Positions 1 through 9,085 of a stretch of DNA of 64,000 nt are shown here, one piece after another. Position numbers and translations under genes: made by a program. How positions within the stretch are numbered: the stretch's first letter is position 1; every line of letters starts with the position of its first letter. Where the stretch lies: the NCBI GenBank assembly GCA_963770565.1, contig CAVYQE010000002.1, positions 320,001 through 384,000 of the forward strand, in the 5' to 3' direction. The notes under the pieces were generated by a model. The model was not told where the DNA came from. It saw only the letters and a program-made list of their open reading frames with translations, and did not search any database. This stretch comes from an uncultured Actinomycetota bacterium. GTDB lineage: Bacteria; Actinomycetota; Actinomycetes; JAFAQI01.

Positions 1-1170
1 GCCGACCTTGCCGCAGCCGACCTGGTCGGCGCACTGACGGCGGCCGGATTGACCGGCCGCGGCGGAGCGGCCTTCCCGGTCGCGCGGAAGGTCAGCGCCG
101 TACTCGCGCAGGCTCCGCGACCCGCGGTCGTCGTTGCGAACGCGGCCGAGGGGGAACCCGCCGCGTCGAAAGACAAGAGCCTGCTCGCGATGTCGCCACA
201 CCTGGTGCTCGACGGACTCGTGACAGTGGCCCATGCGATCGGTGCGGTGCGCACGATCGTCTATCTCCACGCCAGCCCGCGGCTGGAAGCGCTGCTCCGC
301 CACGCACTCGCCGAACGACGGGCGGCCCGGGTCGACCACCTGTCGATCGAGGTCGTCACGGCGCCCAGTCGCTTCATCGCCGGCGAGGAGTCGGCCGTGG
401 TGACCGCGATCGACGGAGGTCGCGCGATCCCGCGGGTAAAGCCACCGAGGGTGTTCGAGCAAGGAGTCGGGAAGCTGCCGACCCTCGTGCACAACGTCGA
501 GACCCTCGCCCAGGTCGGGCTGATCGCGCGGTACGGCCCGGACTGGTTCCGGGCGGTCGGCACGCCCGAAGAACCCGGCAGCATGCTGTTCAGCGTCGGC
601 GGAGCGGTCCCGCAACCGCGGGTGCTCGAGGGTCCGATCGGCGTCCCGCTCGACCGGGTCCTGGCATCGGTCGGCGGCGCCACCCAACCGCTTCAGGCCA
701 TCCTCGTCGGCGGCTATCACGGCGGCTGGATCGCGGCCTCGGAGATCGGCGCGCTACGACTCTGCAACGCCGAGCTCCGGCCCTTCGGGGTGGCGCTCGG
801 TGCGGGTGTGATCGTCGCGCTCCCCGACGATGTGTGCGGCTTGGTCGAGACCACGCGGGTGCTGCGCTACCTGGCCGGCGAGTCGGCGGGCCAGTGCGGT
901 CCGTGCCTGCACGGGCTGCCTCAACTGGCGGATCAGTTCGCCGCGATCGCCCGACCTCGGCGGTCGCGACGCGCCCGCCGCCAGGTCGAGGACACCGCTG
1001 CCCTGTTGCGCGGTCGTGGCGCGTGTGCCCACCCGGACGGAAGCCTGCGGTTCGCGCTCAGCGCGCTGAGCGCCTTCCGGGCCGAACTCGACGAGCACGC
1101 GCGCGGGCGGTGCACCGCGCGTTCGCGCCGGGCCGTCCTGCCGATTCCGGCGCACGCCACCTCGGACTGA
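1..1170 (+). CDS. NuoF-like NADH-binding flavoprotein (FMN-binding, SLBB, Fe-S domain), 5' end outside window
   Basis: GRGGAAFP, NAAEGEPAASKDK, FIAGEESA, ESAGQCGPC...GACAHP motifs; frame 1 open from base 1. Confidence 0.88.
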   Translation, partial: ADLAAADLVGALTAAGLTGRGGAAFPVARKVSAVLAQAPRPAVVVANAAEGEPAASKDKSLLAMSPHLVLDGLVTVAHAIGAVRTIVYLHASPRLEALLRHALAERRAARVDHLSIEVVTAPSRFIAGEESAVVTAIDGGRAIPRVKPPRVFEQGVGKLPTLVHNVETLAQVGLIARYGPDWFRAVGTPEEPGSMLFSVGGAVPQPRVLEGPIGVPLDRVLASVGGATQPLQAILVGGYHGGWIAASEIGALRLCNAELRPFGVALGAGVIVALPDDVCGLVETTRVLRYLAGESAGQCGPCLHGLPQLADQFAAIARPRRSRRARRQVEDTAALLRGRGACAHPDGSLRFALSALSAFRAELDEHARGRCTARSRRAVLPIPAHATSD

Positions 1171-1192
1171 CGGTGTCCGAAATCGTTGCCGG

Positions 1193-1870
1193 CTATGGGT
1201 TCAGCAGGCGGTAGCCAGCGCCGCGCACGGTGTAGATTAGGGCCTCGACGCCCGGGGTGTTGAGCTTGCGGCGGAGGTACCCGACGTACACGTCGACGAT
1301 GTTGGTGCCCGGGTCCGCGTTGTAGTCCCAGACGCTGTTGAGGATGTGGGTGCGGGTGAAAACCCGGGTCGGTTGCCGCATGAACAGCTCGAGGAGCGCC
1401 CATTCGCGCGGTGCCAGGTCGATTCGGCGACCGCTGCGCCAAGCGACCTTCGACAGCAGGTCGAGGCGCAGGTCGGACACCGCAAGCTCGGTCGAGCTCG
1501 GCTGCTCCGCGGTTCGCTGGCAGGCCCTGATCCGGGCCAGCAGCTCCTCGAACGCGAACGGCTTGACGACGTAGTCGTTGGCGCCGGCGTCCAGCCCGCG
1601 CACCCGGTCGCCGACCTCCGATCGGGCGGTCAGGACGATCACCGGTACGCCGTCGCCGCGGCCGCGTAGCCCGCGGAGCAAGGTCTCGCCGTCGGTGTCG
1701 GGCAGTCCGAGGTCGAGCAGCAGCAGGTCCGGCTTCGCGGCCGTGGCCTTCAGTGCGTGCTCGGCGTCAGCCGCGGTGTGCACGACATCACACGCATAGC
1801 CCTCGCCCCGGAGACCCTTGGCCAGAAACGACGCGATCCGCTCGTCGTCCTCGACCACCAAGATGCGCAT
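1193..1870 (-). CDS. OmpR-family response regulator
   Basis: MRILVVEDD, LLDLGLP, GANDYVVKPF receiver; winged-helix tail TVRGAGY. Confidence 0.95.
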   Translation of the reverse strand: MRILVVEDDERIASFLAKGLRGEGYACDVVHTAADAEHALKATAAKPDLLLLDLGLPDTDGETLLRGLRGRGDGVPVIVLTARSEVGDRVRGLDAGANDYVVKPFAFEELLARIRACQRTAEQPSSTELAVSDLRLDLLSKVAWRSGRRIDLAPREWALLELFMRQPTRVFTRTHILNSVWDYNADPGTNIVDVYVGYLRRKLNTPGVEALIYTVRGAGYRLLNP

Positions 1871-3375
1871 CAGGTCCCGGCCCCGCTCGTGACGATCGTG
1901 GGCGGCAGCACAATCGCAATCCGGGCGCCGCCCAGGGTGGAGTCGGTGACCTCGAGGTGGCCGCCGTGACCTTCGGCCACCGCCTTCACGATCGCCAGCC
2001 CTAGACCGGAGCCCCTGGTGGCCCCGGCATCGGGACGGCTGAAGCGATCCAGCACCACGTGCCGGCGATTGGCCGGGATGCCGGGTCCGCTGTCAGACAC
2101 GACCAGCTCGACCCAGCCGTCGGCGCGCTGCCGCGCCGCCAGCGCGATCTGGTCCCCCGGGCCGGTTGCGTTCACCGCGTTGTCCAGCAGGTTGAGCAGC
2201 GCACCCCGCAGCTTGTCGAGACTTGCGTGCAAGGTCAGGTCGGGTACGTCGCCAAGCTGCCAGTCCCGGTCGGCGAGCACCTGCGCGGTGGCGAACAGAT
2301 CGATCACCATGCTGCGCAGGTCGATCGGCGCCGGCTCGACGAAGTCGGGTTCGAGGGCGCGGCCGAGCATGAGCAGGCGCTCGACCAGGGCGGTCATGTG
2401 GTCGATCTCGTCGACGACCACCGCGATCGTCTCGTGCACGTCCTGCGGGTCGGCGGTGCCGGTACGACCGAGTACCTCGAGGTGACCGCGGGCGACCGTG
2501 AGCGGCGTACGCAGTTGGTGCGACACATCGGCGAGCAGGCTGCGCTGGGTCGCCATCGCAGCCGCCACCCGGTCGGCCATCGAGTCGAAGGTGGCCGCCA
2601 GCTTGCCCACCTCGTCGTCGGTGCCCTGGTCGCCGAGCCGGCGGTCCATCTCCCCCTGACCAAGGCCGGCGGCGGTCTCGGTGATCCGGCCGATCCGGCG
2701 GAGCAGTCCCCGCAAGAGCAGGTAGCCCGCGAAGGCGCCGGCCAGCAACGCGATCAGCGCCTCGATGAGGGCAAGGTGCAACACCCGCGACTCGTTCTCG
2801 CGGACCTGGTCCTGGGCGGCGGCAACGATGAACGTCGCCTGCGCCTGACCGGCGTGCACGGGGACCGCCAGGACCTCGTACGTCGTAGCACCCACCCGCA
2901 TCGACCGCTCGACCGACCGGGCCAGCGGCGAACCGAGCATGGACTCAATCGCCGGCGAGGAAGCGAACGGCGCGGAGTTCGCACTGCCGAGCGCCGACTG
3001 CCCCGGGAAGCCGATCAGGATGACCTGACCGTCGGGAAGCGCGTGGGTGCGGAGGTAGCTGCGACTGAACGACCGAAGCCCGACCTGGGTGCCACGCGCA
3101 TCGGCTGCGCGCTGAAATCCGACCACCTCGGCCGTCAGCAGATGGGTGGTCGTGGAGTGCGACTGGCTGGCGAAGGTCCGGACCAGGCTGAGCACCACAG
3201 CCGACAAGATGATTGCGAGGACGCCGGCCTGCAACAGACCGAGCCGAGCCGCAGTGCCGAGCCGGCGGTTTCGCCGCGGGCGATCAGGGCGTGCGGGCAG
3301 CACCTGGCGGCTGGCCGGCTCGTCGGGGTGCGATCGATCCCCCACTCCCGGCTGGGCTGCCGTCGTGGTGGCCAT
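1870..3375 (-). CDS. HAMP-domain sensor histidine kinase
   Basis: Two TM segments, HAMP, H-box DVSHQLRTPL, NLLDNA, DSGPG, GSGLGLAIV; start ATG 3375 or TTG 3381. Confidence 0.93.
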   Translation of the reverse strand: MATTTAAQPGVGDRSHPDEPASRQVLPARPDRPRRNRRLGTAARLGLLQAGVLAIILSAVVLSLVRTFASQSHSTTTHLLTAEVVGFQRAADARGTQVGLRSFSRSYLRTHALPDGQVILIGFPGQSALGSANSAPFASSPAIESMLGSPLARSVERSMRVGATTYEVLAVPVHAGQAQATFIVAAAQDQVRENESRVLHLALIEALIALLAGAFAGYLLLRGLLRRIGRITETAAGLGQGEMDRRLGDQGTDDEVGKLAATFDSMADRVAAAMATQRSLLADVSHQLRTPLTVARGHLEVLGRTGTADPQDVHETIAVVVDEIDHMTALVERLLMLGRALEPDFVEPAPIDLRSMVIDLFATAQVLADRDWQLGDVPDLTLHASLDKLRGALLNLLDNAVNATGPGDQIALAARQRADGWVELVVSDSGPGIPANRRHVVLDRFSRPDAGATRGSGLGLAIVKAVAEGHGGHLEVTDSTLGGARIAIVLPPTIVTSGAGT

Positions 3376-3377
3376 GG

Positions 3378-3791
3378 TCAATTATCGCCGCCGTGGCCGC
3401 CGCCTCCGTCGTCGTGCCCGTCGTCACTGCCGCCATGCCCGTCGTCACTGCCGCCGTCGCCGCCGCCGTAGTCACCGTGGTGGGTCGGCGTGGCCACGAC
3501 GACCGGCCGGCTCGGCGTGATCACCGTGACGGCCGTCGGCTCGGCAACCGGCGACTCGGTATCGGTCACCGTGACGGTCGGCGCCGGATGGGGATGTCGA
3601 TGGTGCCGAGGGGTCGCCGAGGACGCCGGACCGACCGCCGCCTCAGGGCGGACCGAGATCGCAAGCGGGATCGCCGATCGGTGCGTCCAGTGCGGGGCGG
3701 CGATGGCGACAAAGCCGAGCGTTGCCCCGATCGAGAGCGCAGCCGGGATCGACCACCAAGCTGCGCCGCGATCTCGCAGACCACGGGTCAC
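3378..3791 (-). CDS. Small membrane-anchored protein with Gly/Asp/His-rich tail
   Basis: N-terminal TM helix, Pro/Thr-rich middle, tail GGDGGSDDGHGGSDDGHDDGGGGHGGDN; abuts kinase start. Confidence 0.7.
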   Translation of the reverse strand: MTRGLRDRGAAWWSIPAALSIGATLGFVAIAAPHWTHRSAIPLAISVRPEAAVGPASSATPRHHRHPHPAPTVTVTDTESPVAEPTAVTVITPSRPVVVATPTHHGDYGGGDGGSDDGHGGSDDGHDDGGGGHGGDN

Positions 3792-3804
3792 GATGATCTC
3801 CCCC

Positions 3805-4029
3805 TCACCGATTCGCTGGGCGTTCGGCCGCCGACCGATCGATCAGCAGCGCGCGGCGCGGACAGGCCCGGGCAGCCCGAAGCGCCTTGCGGAGCACGGC
3901 GCCGGTGAGCGGCTCGGAGTCGGCGATCGCGAAGCCCCACGGGTCAAGTGTCACCCGTTCCGGCAAGACATGCGCGCAGATCCCGTGTCCTGCGCATCGC
4001 ACCATGTCCACCCGAATCGAGTCGGTCAT
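3805..4029 (-). CDS. Single-cluster ferredoxin ([3Fe-4S]-type)
   Basis: CAGHGIC...ACP pattern, 74 aa; ATGA overlap with upstream gene. Confidence 0.88.
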   Translation of the reverse strand: MTDSIRVDMVRCAGHGICAHVLPERVTLDPWGFAIADSEPLTGAVLRKALRAARACPRRALLIDRSAAERPANR

Positions 4030-4700
4030 CTGCGGCTGCCGCTGTAGTCGGGGCGGGCCACCATGCTCTCCGGCAGCACGGCGGCTCGCCGCGTGCAGGC
4101 CAGAACCGCCACCAGCAGGCCGCTCACGAGGTAGATCGGCAGGAGCACTCGCTCGTCACTTCCCGCCAGCACGCCGTGCAGCCACACGAGCGCAAACGCC
4201 ACCAGCGCGAGCCGGTGTACGGCGTACCAGGTCCGGCCGCCCACCCATCCGGCCAGCGCCGCAGTGAACCCGACCGCCAGCCCGACGTACAGGCTGATCG
4301 TGCCCAATGCGACGGCGAGCGGCCGGTAGCCGGATCGACCTGGGACGAACGCTCCCGACCACCCGACCCCCGCGAATCGATCGACGGACAGCGCAATCAC
4401 GTGTCCGGCGACGAGCAGCAAGACCATCGTCGCGAGCAACGAGTGGGCCCGGTGCGCACTCGCCGCACTCGGCCGTGGATGGTTGACCCGCCAGGGATGA
4501 CGCAGCCAAAGTCCCACCACGGTGAGCGCGGTCAGGGCGAGGTATGCGCCGACCCCGAACCCTCGGCCCAGGACCCACGGCAACATCCGGGCGGAGACGC
4601 GGCTGATCAGCGCCGCGGTGATCGCGTAGCCGACGGTCGCGGCGGCCGCGACCCACATCAGGTGCAGCGAGGAGTTCCGCTCGATGCTGGAAGTGCTCAC
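4026..4700 (-). CDS. Ferric reductase/MsrQ-like heme-b transmembrane protein
   Basis: Several TM helices with His residues (AHRAH, AGHV, WYAVHR, WLHG); GTG 4700 overlaps ApbE stop. Confidence 0.82.
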   Translation of the reverse strand: MSTSSIERNSSLHLMWVAAAATVGYAITAALISRVSARMLPWVLGRGFGVGAYLALTALTVVGLWLRHPWRVNHPRPSAASAHRAHSLLATMVLLLVAGHVIALSVDRFAGVGWSGAFVPGRSGYRPLAVALGTISLYVGLAVGFTAALAGWVGGRTWYAVHRLALVAFALVWLHGVLAGSDERVLLPIYLVSGLLVAVLACTRRAAVLPESMVARPDYSGSRR

Positions 4701-5674
4701 ATCGCCCGCCACAGAACGAAGGGCTCGACCTCCGGGGTGAACCGGGCTTGCCCGCTCGACTCGACCCAGATCGCCGCGACGCGCCGGCGGCGGGCTTCCT
4801 CGGCAATCCGTTCAGCACCGGCAAGAAACAGCGTCTTGCTCCAGACCTCCGCGACTGCGGCATCGTCGGCGACCACTGTCACGGCGGCCAGCCCGCGGCC
4901 ACCCGGCAGGCCGGTCCCCGGGTCGATCAGGTGGTGGACCCGGGTCGAGCCGATCGCCCACGAGCACACCCTGACCGAAGACGTGGCGACCGCCAGGTCG
5001 GAGAGCGTGAGCACTGCGGCCGGCAGTGCGCCACCGGACGGATCCTCGACGGCGAGCCGCCACGGCCCGCCGTCCGGCGACGACCCGTCGCACCAGCAGT
5101 CACCGCCGGCCTCGATCAGGAAGCCGACCCCGAGGGGCATGAGCCGCCCGGCCGCGGCCCGCACCGCCAGACCCTTACCGATCCCGCCGAGATCGATGGG
5201 CGCCGGACCCAAGCGAACCTGACGGGTGGAGGGCCGAAACTCCGGCTCCCAAGCCGGCAGCTCCGTGCGCGGTTGCAGGACCTCTTCGGCACGGTGACTC
5301 ATGGCGCCGAATCGGCGCGACCGGTCATAGCCGAGGCGCACCAGGTCGTCGTGCACGCGCGGGTCGAAGCGGCCGTCGGTCGCGCGGTAGGCCTCGGCCG
5401 CGGCGGCGAGGGCGTCGAAGCAGACCGGCGTCACCTCGCACCAGGAACCACCCGCCGCGTTCGCCCGCATCAGTGAGCTGTCCGGGTTGAACCGCGTGCA
5501 GTGCCGATCGACGTCGTGGAAGACCTCGAGCGCGTCGGTCATCGCCTCGATCACGTCACCGTCGCGCTCACTGCCCGCCACCGCCTGGATGGTGATCTCG
5601 CTGCCCATTGCGTGGGTGCTTCGCACCACCGTCGAGGTGTCGCAGTAGTCCACCTCGCGGATGTCGTCAGCCAC
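4697..5674 (-). CDS. apbE: FAD:protein FMN transferase (ApbE/Ftp family)
   Basis: AMGS, RFNPDSSL, IDLGGIGKG, EAGGD, AVATSS, HHLIDPGTG motifs; GTG start at 5674. Confidence 0.93.
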   Translation of the reverse strand: MADDIREVDYCDTSTVVRSTHAMGSEITIQAVAGSERDGDVIEAMTDALEVFHDVDRHCTRFNPDSSLMRANAAGGSWCEVTPVCFDALAAAAEAYRATDGRFDPRVHDDLVRLGYDRSRRFGAMSHRAEEVLQPRTELPAWEPEFRPSTRQVRLGPAPIDLGGIGKGLAVRAAAGRLMPLGVGFLIEAGGDCWCDGSSPDGGPWRLAVEDPSGGALPAAVLTLSDLAVATSSVRVCSWAIGSTRVHHLIDPGTGLPGGRGLAAVTVVADDAAVAEVWSKTLFLAGAERIAEEARRRRVAAIWVESSGQARFTPEVEPFVLWRAM

Positions 5675-6107
5675 CGCTTCCGCCGGTCGAGGACTGGGTC
5701 GGCGGTGGTGGCGGGGGCGCAGGTGCCGGTGCGGGCGGCTGGGTCGCCGGCGGCGCCCCGGAGCCCGACGTCGTGCCTCCTCCCGAGCCCTGCGACTGGA
5801 CCGGTGTTCGGTAAGCGAACGAGCCGCTGGTCGCAGCCGCATGCGGGAGGTGCGCCGACCGCCGGGCCACTTGTTTGAGGTCGCGACGGACCCGGGCAAG
5901 TCGCGCCTCGACGGCGAGCATCTCCCGCTCGGCGCGGGCATCCTGCGCGCTGTGCTGCGGCAGGGCCGCGACGGCCGGTACCGGGCGCGCCGGCAAGGTG
6001 GCGGCCGCCCAGGCGAGCGCGCCGGAGGTGACCGCCGAGGTCACGCCGACCACGACGACACTCACGCCGGCTGCCCGCCGAGCGCGGGCCTGGCGACTGT
6101 CAGTCAT
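5667..6107 (-). CDS. Exported TM/coiled-coil/Pro-rich protein ending in STGGSGG (candidate ApbE substrate)
   Basis: Hydrophobic N-terminus, coiled-coil-like middle, APAPAPPPPPP linker, terminal TQSSTGGSGG; overlaps both neighbours. Confidence 0.72.
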   Translation of the reverse strand: MTDSRQARARRAAGVSVVVVGVTSAVTSGALAWAAATLPARPVPAVAALPQHSAQDARAEREMLAVEARLARVRRDLKQVARRSAHLPHAAATSGSFAYRTPVQSQGSGGGTTSGSGAPPATQPPAPAPAPPPPPPTQSSTGGSGG

Positions 6108-6606
6108 CGCCACCGCCGTCGCCACCCCCGCCGTCGTCTCCACCGCCACCATGACCGTCATCTCCCCCGCCACCCTGACCCGACCCGCCGCTGGCGCCGG
6201 TGCTGCCGTGCGTCGACGGAGTCGGCGACGGAGCGACCGAATGGGTCGGGGTGGGCGCGGGGCGAGACGTCGGCGGAGCCGATGGCGCGCTCGCGGGTGG
6301 TGCCGCCTGCCGTGACTCTGCAAGCCGCTGTCGTGCCATCGCCTCGTTCTCGGCGTGTACCCGAGCGGCGAGGTTGTGCCGGGCCTTTCGCAGCGCGTCC
6401 TGCAGCCCCTGGTCCTGGCCGAGCAGGTGATTGAGCTGGCGCTGCAGCTCGGTCGTCTGTACGTCGGCCACCGGCCGCGAGGAAGCGGAGCCAGGTTTGG
6501 CGCTGGTCGCACTGGGGCCCTCGGCCTGCGTGAGCGCGAAGCCACCACCGGCGGTAACCGCACCGATCAGAGCGAGCGACAACAGGTTTCTACGTCGTGC
6601 GTCCAT
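6100..6606 (-). CDS. Exported (Tat-like) coiled-coil/Pro-rich protein with STGAS motif and Gly/Asp tail (candidate ApbE substrate)
   Basis: GGAGG RBS before ATG 6606; ARRRNLL plus hydrophobic stretch; THGSTGASGG followed by GGGGDD repeats. Confidence 0.75.
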   Translation of the reverse strand: MDARRRNLLSLALIGAVTAGGGFALTQAEGPSATSAKPGSASSRPVADVQTTELQRQLNHLLGQDQGLQDALRKARHNLAARVHAENEAMARQRLAESRQAAPPASAPSAPPTSRPAPTPTHSVAPSPTPSTHGSTGASGGSGQGGGGDDGHGGGGDDGGGGDGGGDD

Positions 6607-6671
6607 CAAGGGCCTCCGGCAGATCGGTACCAACGTCGGTTCCAGTCTCGGAATCCGACCTGGCCCACTCG

Positions 6672-6698
6672 ATGAGCAGCGAATGAGACTTCTCTTAG
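6672..6698 (-). promoter_or_regulatory. Putative OmpR-family binding box: three pentamers at 11-bp period
   Basis: Minus strand reads CTAAG-N6-CTCAT-N6-CTCAT, 66-92 bp upstream of an operon that encodes an OmpR-type regulator. Confidence 0.5.
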
Positions 6699-6858
6699 CC
6701 CGCCCCGTTTCAGCACACAACGCTCGTCGCCACCTCCAGGGAATCGGACCCGAGGTCGAAAACGGCGCGACTGGCGAGGCGTCGGGGCGGCGTTGTGTGC
6801 TGGAACTGGAGAGCGGGGCGCGAGGGCTTAGTCGATCGAGAGCGGCCCGGTCACCCGC

Positions 6859-7821
6859 TCAATCTGCACCGGCCGGCCAGTATCGATCGCCCACCGCCAC
6901 GAGGGCGGCCGCACCGATCACACCCGCATTGACCCCGAGGCCTGCCTCGATGATCTGACAGCCGGCCGCGAACGACATCCGCACGTGGTGGGCGAAGGCG
7001 ACCCGGGCCGGGCCGAGCAGCAACTCACCAGCGGCGGACAGCCCGCCGCCGACCGCGACGACGTCGAGCTCGAGCAGGTGCGTGGCCGACCCGATCGCGA
7101 TCCCCAATGCGGTGCCGGCTCGCTCGAAGGCCGCCGCACCCACCGGATCCCCTGCTTGCGCGCCGGCCAGGAGCGCGCGGCCGTCCGCCGGCACACCGCC
7201 CGCCGGTTTCCAGCCCTGGTCGACCGCCCACTGCACGAGGGCGGGCCCCCGGGCGATCGCCTCGAGACAGCCGCGGCCGCCGCAGCCGCACGGTGGGCCG
7301 CCGGGCTCGACCACCACGTGACCGATGTGGCCCGCATTGCCGGTGACCCCCGCGACCACCCGCCCGTCGAGCACGAGGCCGCCACCGACCCCGGTCGAGA
7401 CGACGATCCCGAGCAGGCCGTGCGCGCCGCGGCCGGCCCCGCGCCAGTGCTCCCCGATCGTCATCGCGATGGCGTCGTTGGCCACCCTGACCTCGGTATC
7501 CGGGAACCTGGCGCAGAGCCGGTCGCGCAACGGGAAGTCCCGCCAGGCCGGGAGATTCAACGGCGAGACCACACCGGCCGGCCATTGCATCGGGCCACCA
7601 CAACCGACCCCGACGCCGATCGGTGACCGGCCTGCGCAGACGTCATCGATCAGTGCGAGCAGCGTGTCCCATAGTGCGTCGCCCTGACCGGCCGTGCTCG
7701 GCGCGGTCGGCACCTGCTGCCGGCGGAGCAGGGTGCCCTCAGGACTGACCTGCGCCGCGGCGAGCTTGGTGCCGCCGACGTCAATCGCAAGAAAGAAGTC
7801 AGCGTCTGCCGGCGTCACCAC
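6859..7821 (-). CDS. ROK family sugar kinase (glucokinase-like)
   Basis: AIDVGGTK, NDA, STGVGGG, GHIGH, CGCGGRGCLE. Confidence 0.92.
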   Translation of the reverse strand: MVTPADADFFLAIDVGGTKLAAAQVSPEGTLLRRQQVPTAPSTAGQGDALWDTLLALIDDVCAGRSPIGVGVGCGGPMQWPAGVVSPLNLPAWRDFPLRDRLCARFPDTEVRVANDAIAMTIGEHWRGAGRGAHGLLGIVVSTGVGGGLVLDGRVVAGVTGNAGHIGHVVVEPGGPPCGCGGRGCLEAIARGPALVQWAVDQGWKPAGGVPADGRALLAGAQAGDPVGAAAFERAGTALGIAIGSATHLLELDVVAVGGGLSAAGELLLGPARVAFAHHVRMSFAAGCQIIEAGLGVNAGVIGAAALVAVGDRYWPAGAD

Positions 7822-7839
7822 GGAAGTCTCAAACCGCCA

Positions 7840-9021
7840 TCAGCCGACGCCGGTCGACGCCGCACCGAACGCCAGGATCGACGCGGTGAAGCCGTGGACG
7901 AAGTTGCGCCCACCGACCGGTCCGATTTCGCCGGCCGCGAAGATCCCCGCGACCCCGTGCGCGGCCAGTCCGGACCGCACTGCCTGCGGGTCGTGGTCGG
8001 CGCTGCCGAACAGGTGCGCGCCGCGCCCGTTGCACGAGAACAACAGGGCGCCTTCGACCGGCTCGGCGTCGTCGGCGTCCCGGAACTCCTTCAACCGCTC
8101 CTGCAGATCGACATCGGCCGCGGTCGCGTCGCGGACCTGGAACCGCACGGTCCGACCCACCGGTACGACGTCACCCACCACCAGCCAGCCGTGCCCCTCG
8201 TCGGCCCCGGCCACGCCGCGGATCAGGAAGTCGCCCTGGACGTGCTCTTCGACGTACTCGTCCCGCGCGATGCCGAGCTGCAGCCCTTCAGAGACGAGCG
8301 CCTGCTCGTCGGGCGGCAACATCGCAAGGATGTCCCGCAGCTTCTCGAGCGCCGGCACACCGGCCAGCTCGAGCAGCAGGTTGCCCTCGGCCGCCGTCAC
8401 CGTCATCGCCGGGCCCACCGGCCGGCAACCCTGGCTGACAAAGGCGTGCGCTCCGACCGGTCCACCGAGCACTACGCCGACCGCGCCGCGATCCACCACG
8501 TGATCGTCGACGAGCAGTCGGGTCGACCCGCGGCCAGCCGCGCCGGCCGCCATCCCGCCGACGATCGGAAGGCCGGGCAGCACCGCGTTGCATTGATCGA
8601 CGAAGCCGTCGACCGGGAACGACCACGGATCGGCCAGCAAGATCGCTACCGAATCCTCGTCGTGATGGTCCGGCATCCCGACGACGGTGATGCCGCTGTC
8701 GCCTTTGATTACCTCGAGATCGAACGTTCGCAGGTGCGCGTCCGGGAGCACCGCGCACCACGCGGCAGCCGCCGCGGTCGCCTCGACCCCGCGCCCGTCG
8801 CCGATCACCCCCGGCGCGGTGCACCCGATCGCGGCATTCGCACCGGACATGCCCGCGGCCCGCTGCAGAGCGGCTTCCGCGGCCTCGACCTCGCCGCCGC
8901 AGACGAACACCGCGAGCAGGTCCGGAGCCTCGCCGCCGAGGGCGTCGATCGCCTGCGCGGTGGCCTGCTCGGCCGCGACCAGCAGATCGGCGTCGACCGC
9001 CAGCCCATCACCGAAACGCAC
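7840..9021 (-). CDS. FIST N/C signal-transduction domain protein
   Basis: IGCTAPGVIG, LADPWSF, VGGMA, VSQGCRPVG, FSCNGRG, FAAGEIGP; GTG start at 9021. Confidence 0.9.
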   Translation of the reverse strand: MRFGDGLAVDADLLVAAEQATAQAIDALGGEAPDLLAVFVCGGEVEAAEAALQRAAGMSGANAAIGCTAPGVIGDGRGVEATAAAAAWCAVLPDAHLRTFDLEVIKGDSGITVVGMPDHHDEDSVAILLADPWSFPVDGFVDQCNAVLPGLPIVGGMAAGAAGRGSTRLLVDDHVVDRGAVGVVLGGPVGAHAFVSQGCRPVGPAMTVTAAEGNLLLELAGVPALEKLRDILAMLPPDEQALVSEGLQLGIARDEYVEEHVQGDFLIRGVAGADEGHGWLVVGDVVPVGRTVRFQVRDATAADVDLQERLKEFRDADDAEPVEGALLFSCNGRGAHLFGSADHDPQAVRSGLAAHGVAGIFAAGEIGPVGGRNFVHGFTASILAFGAASTGVG

Positions 9022-9085
9022 CGTCCCAGTCTGCACCTGCTCGGCCGGGATGAACGCCGCCGGACGGCGGACGTAGCGTGAAGTG

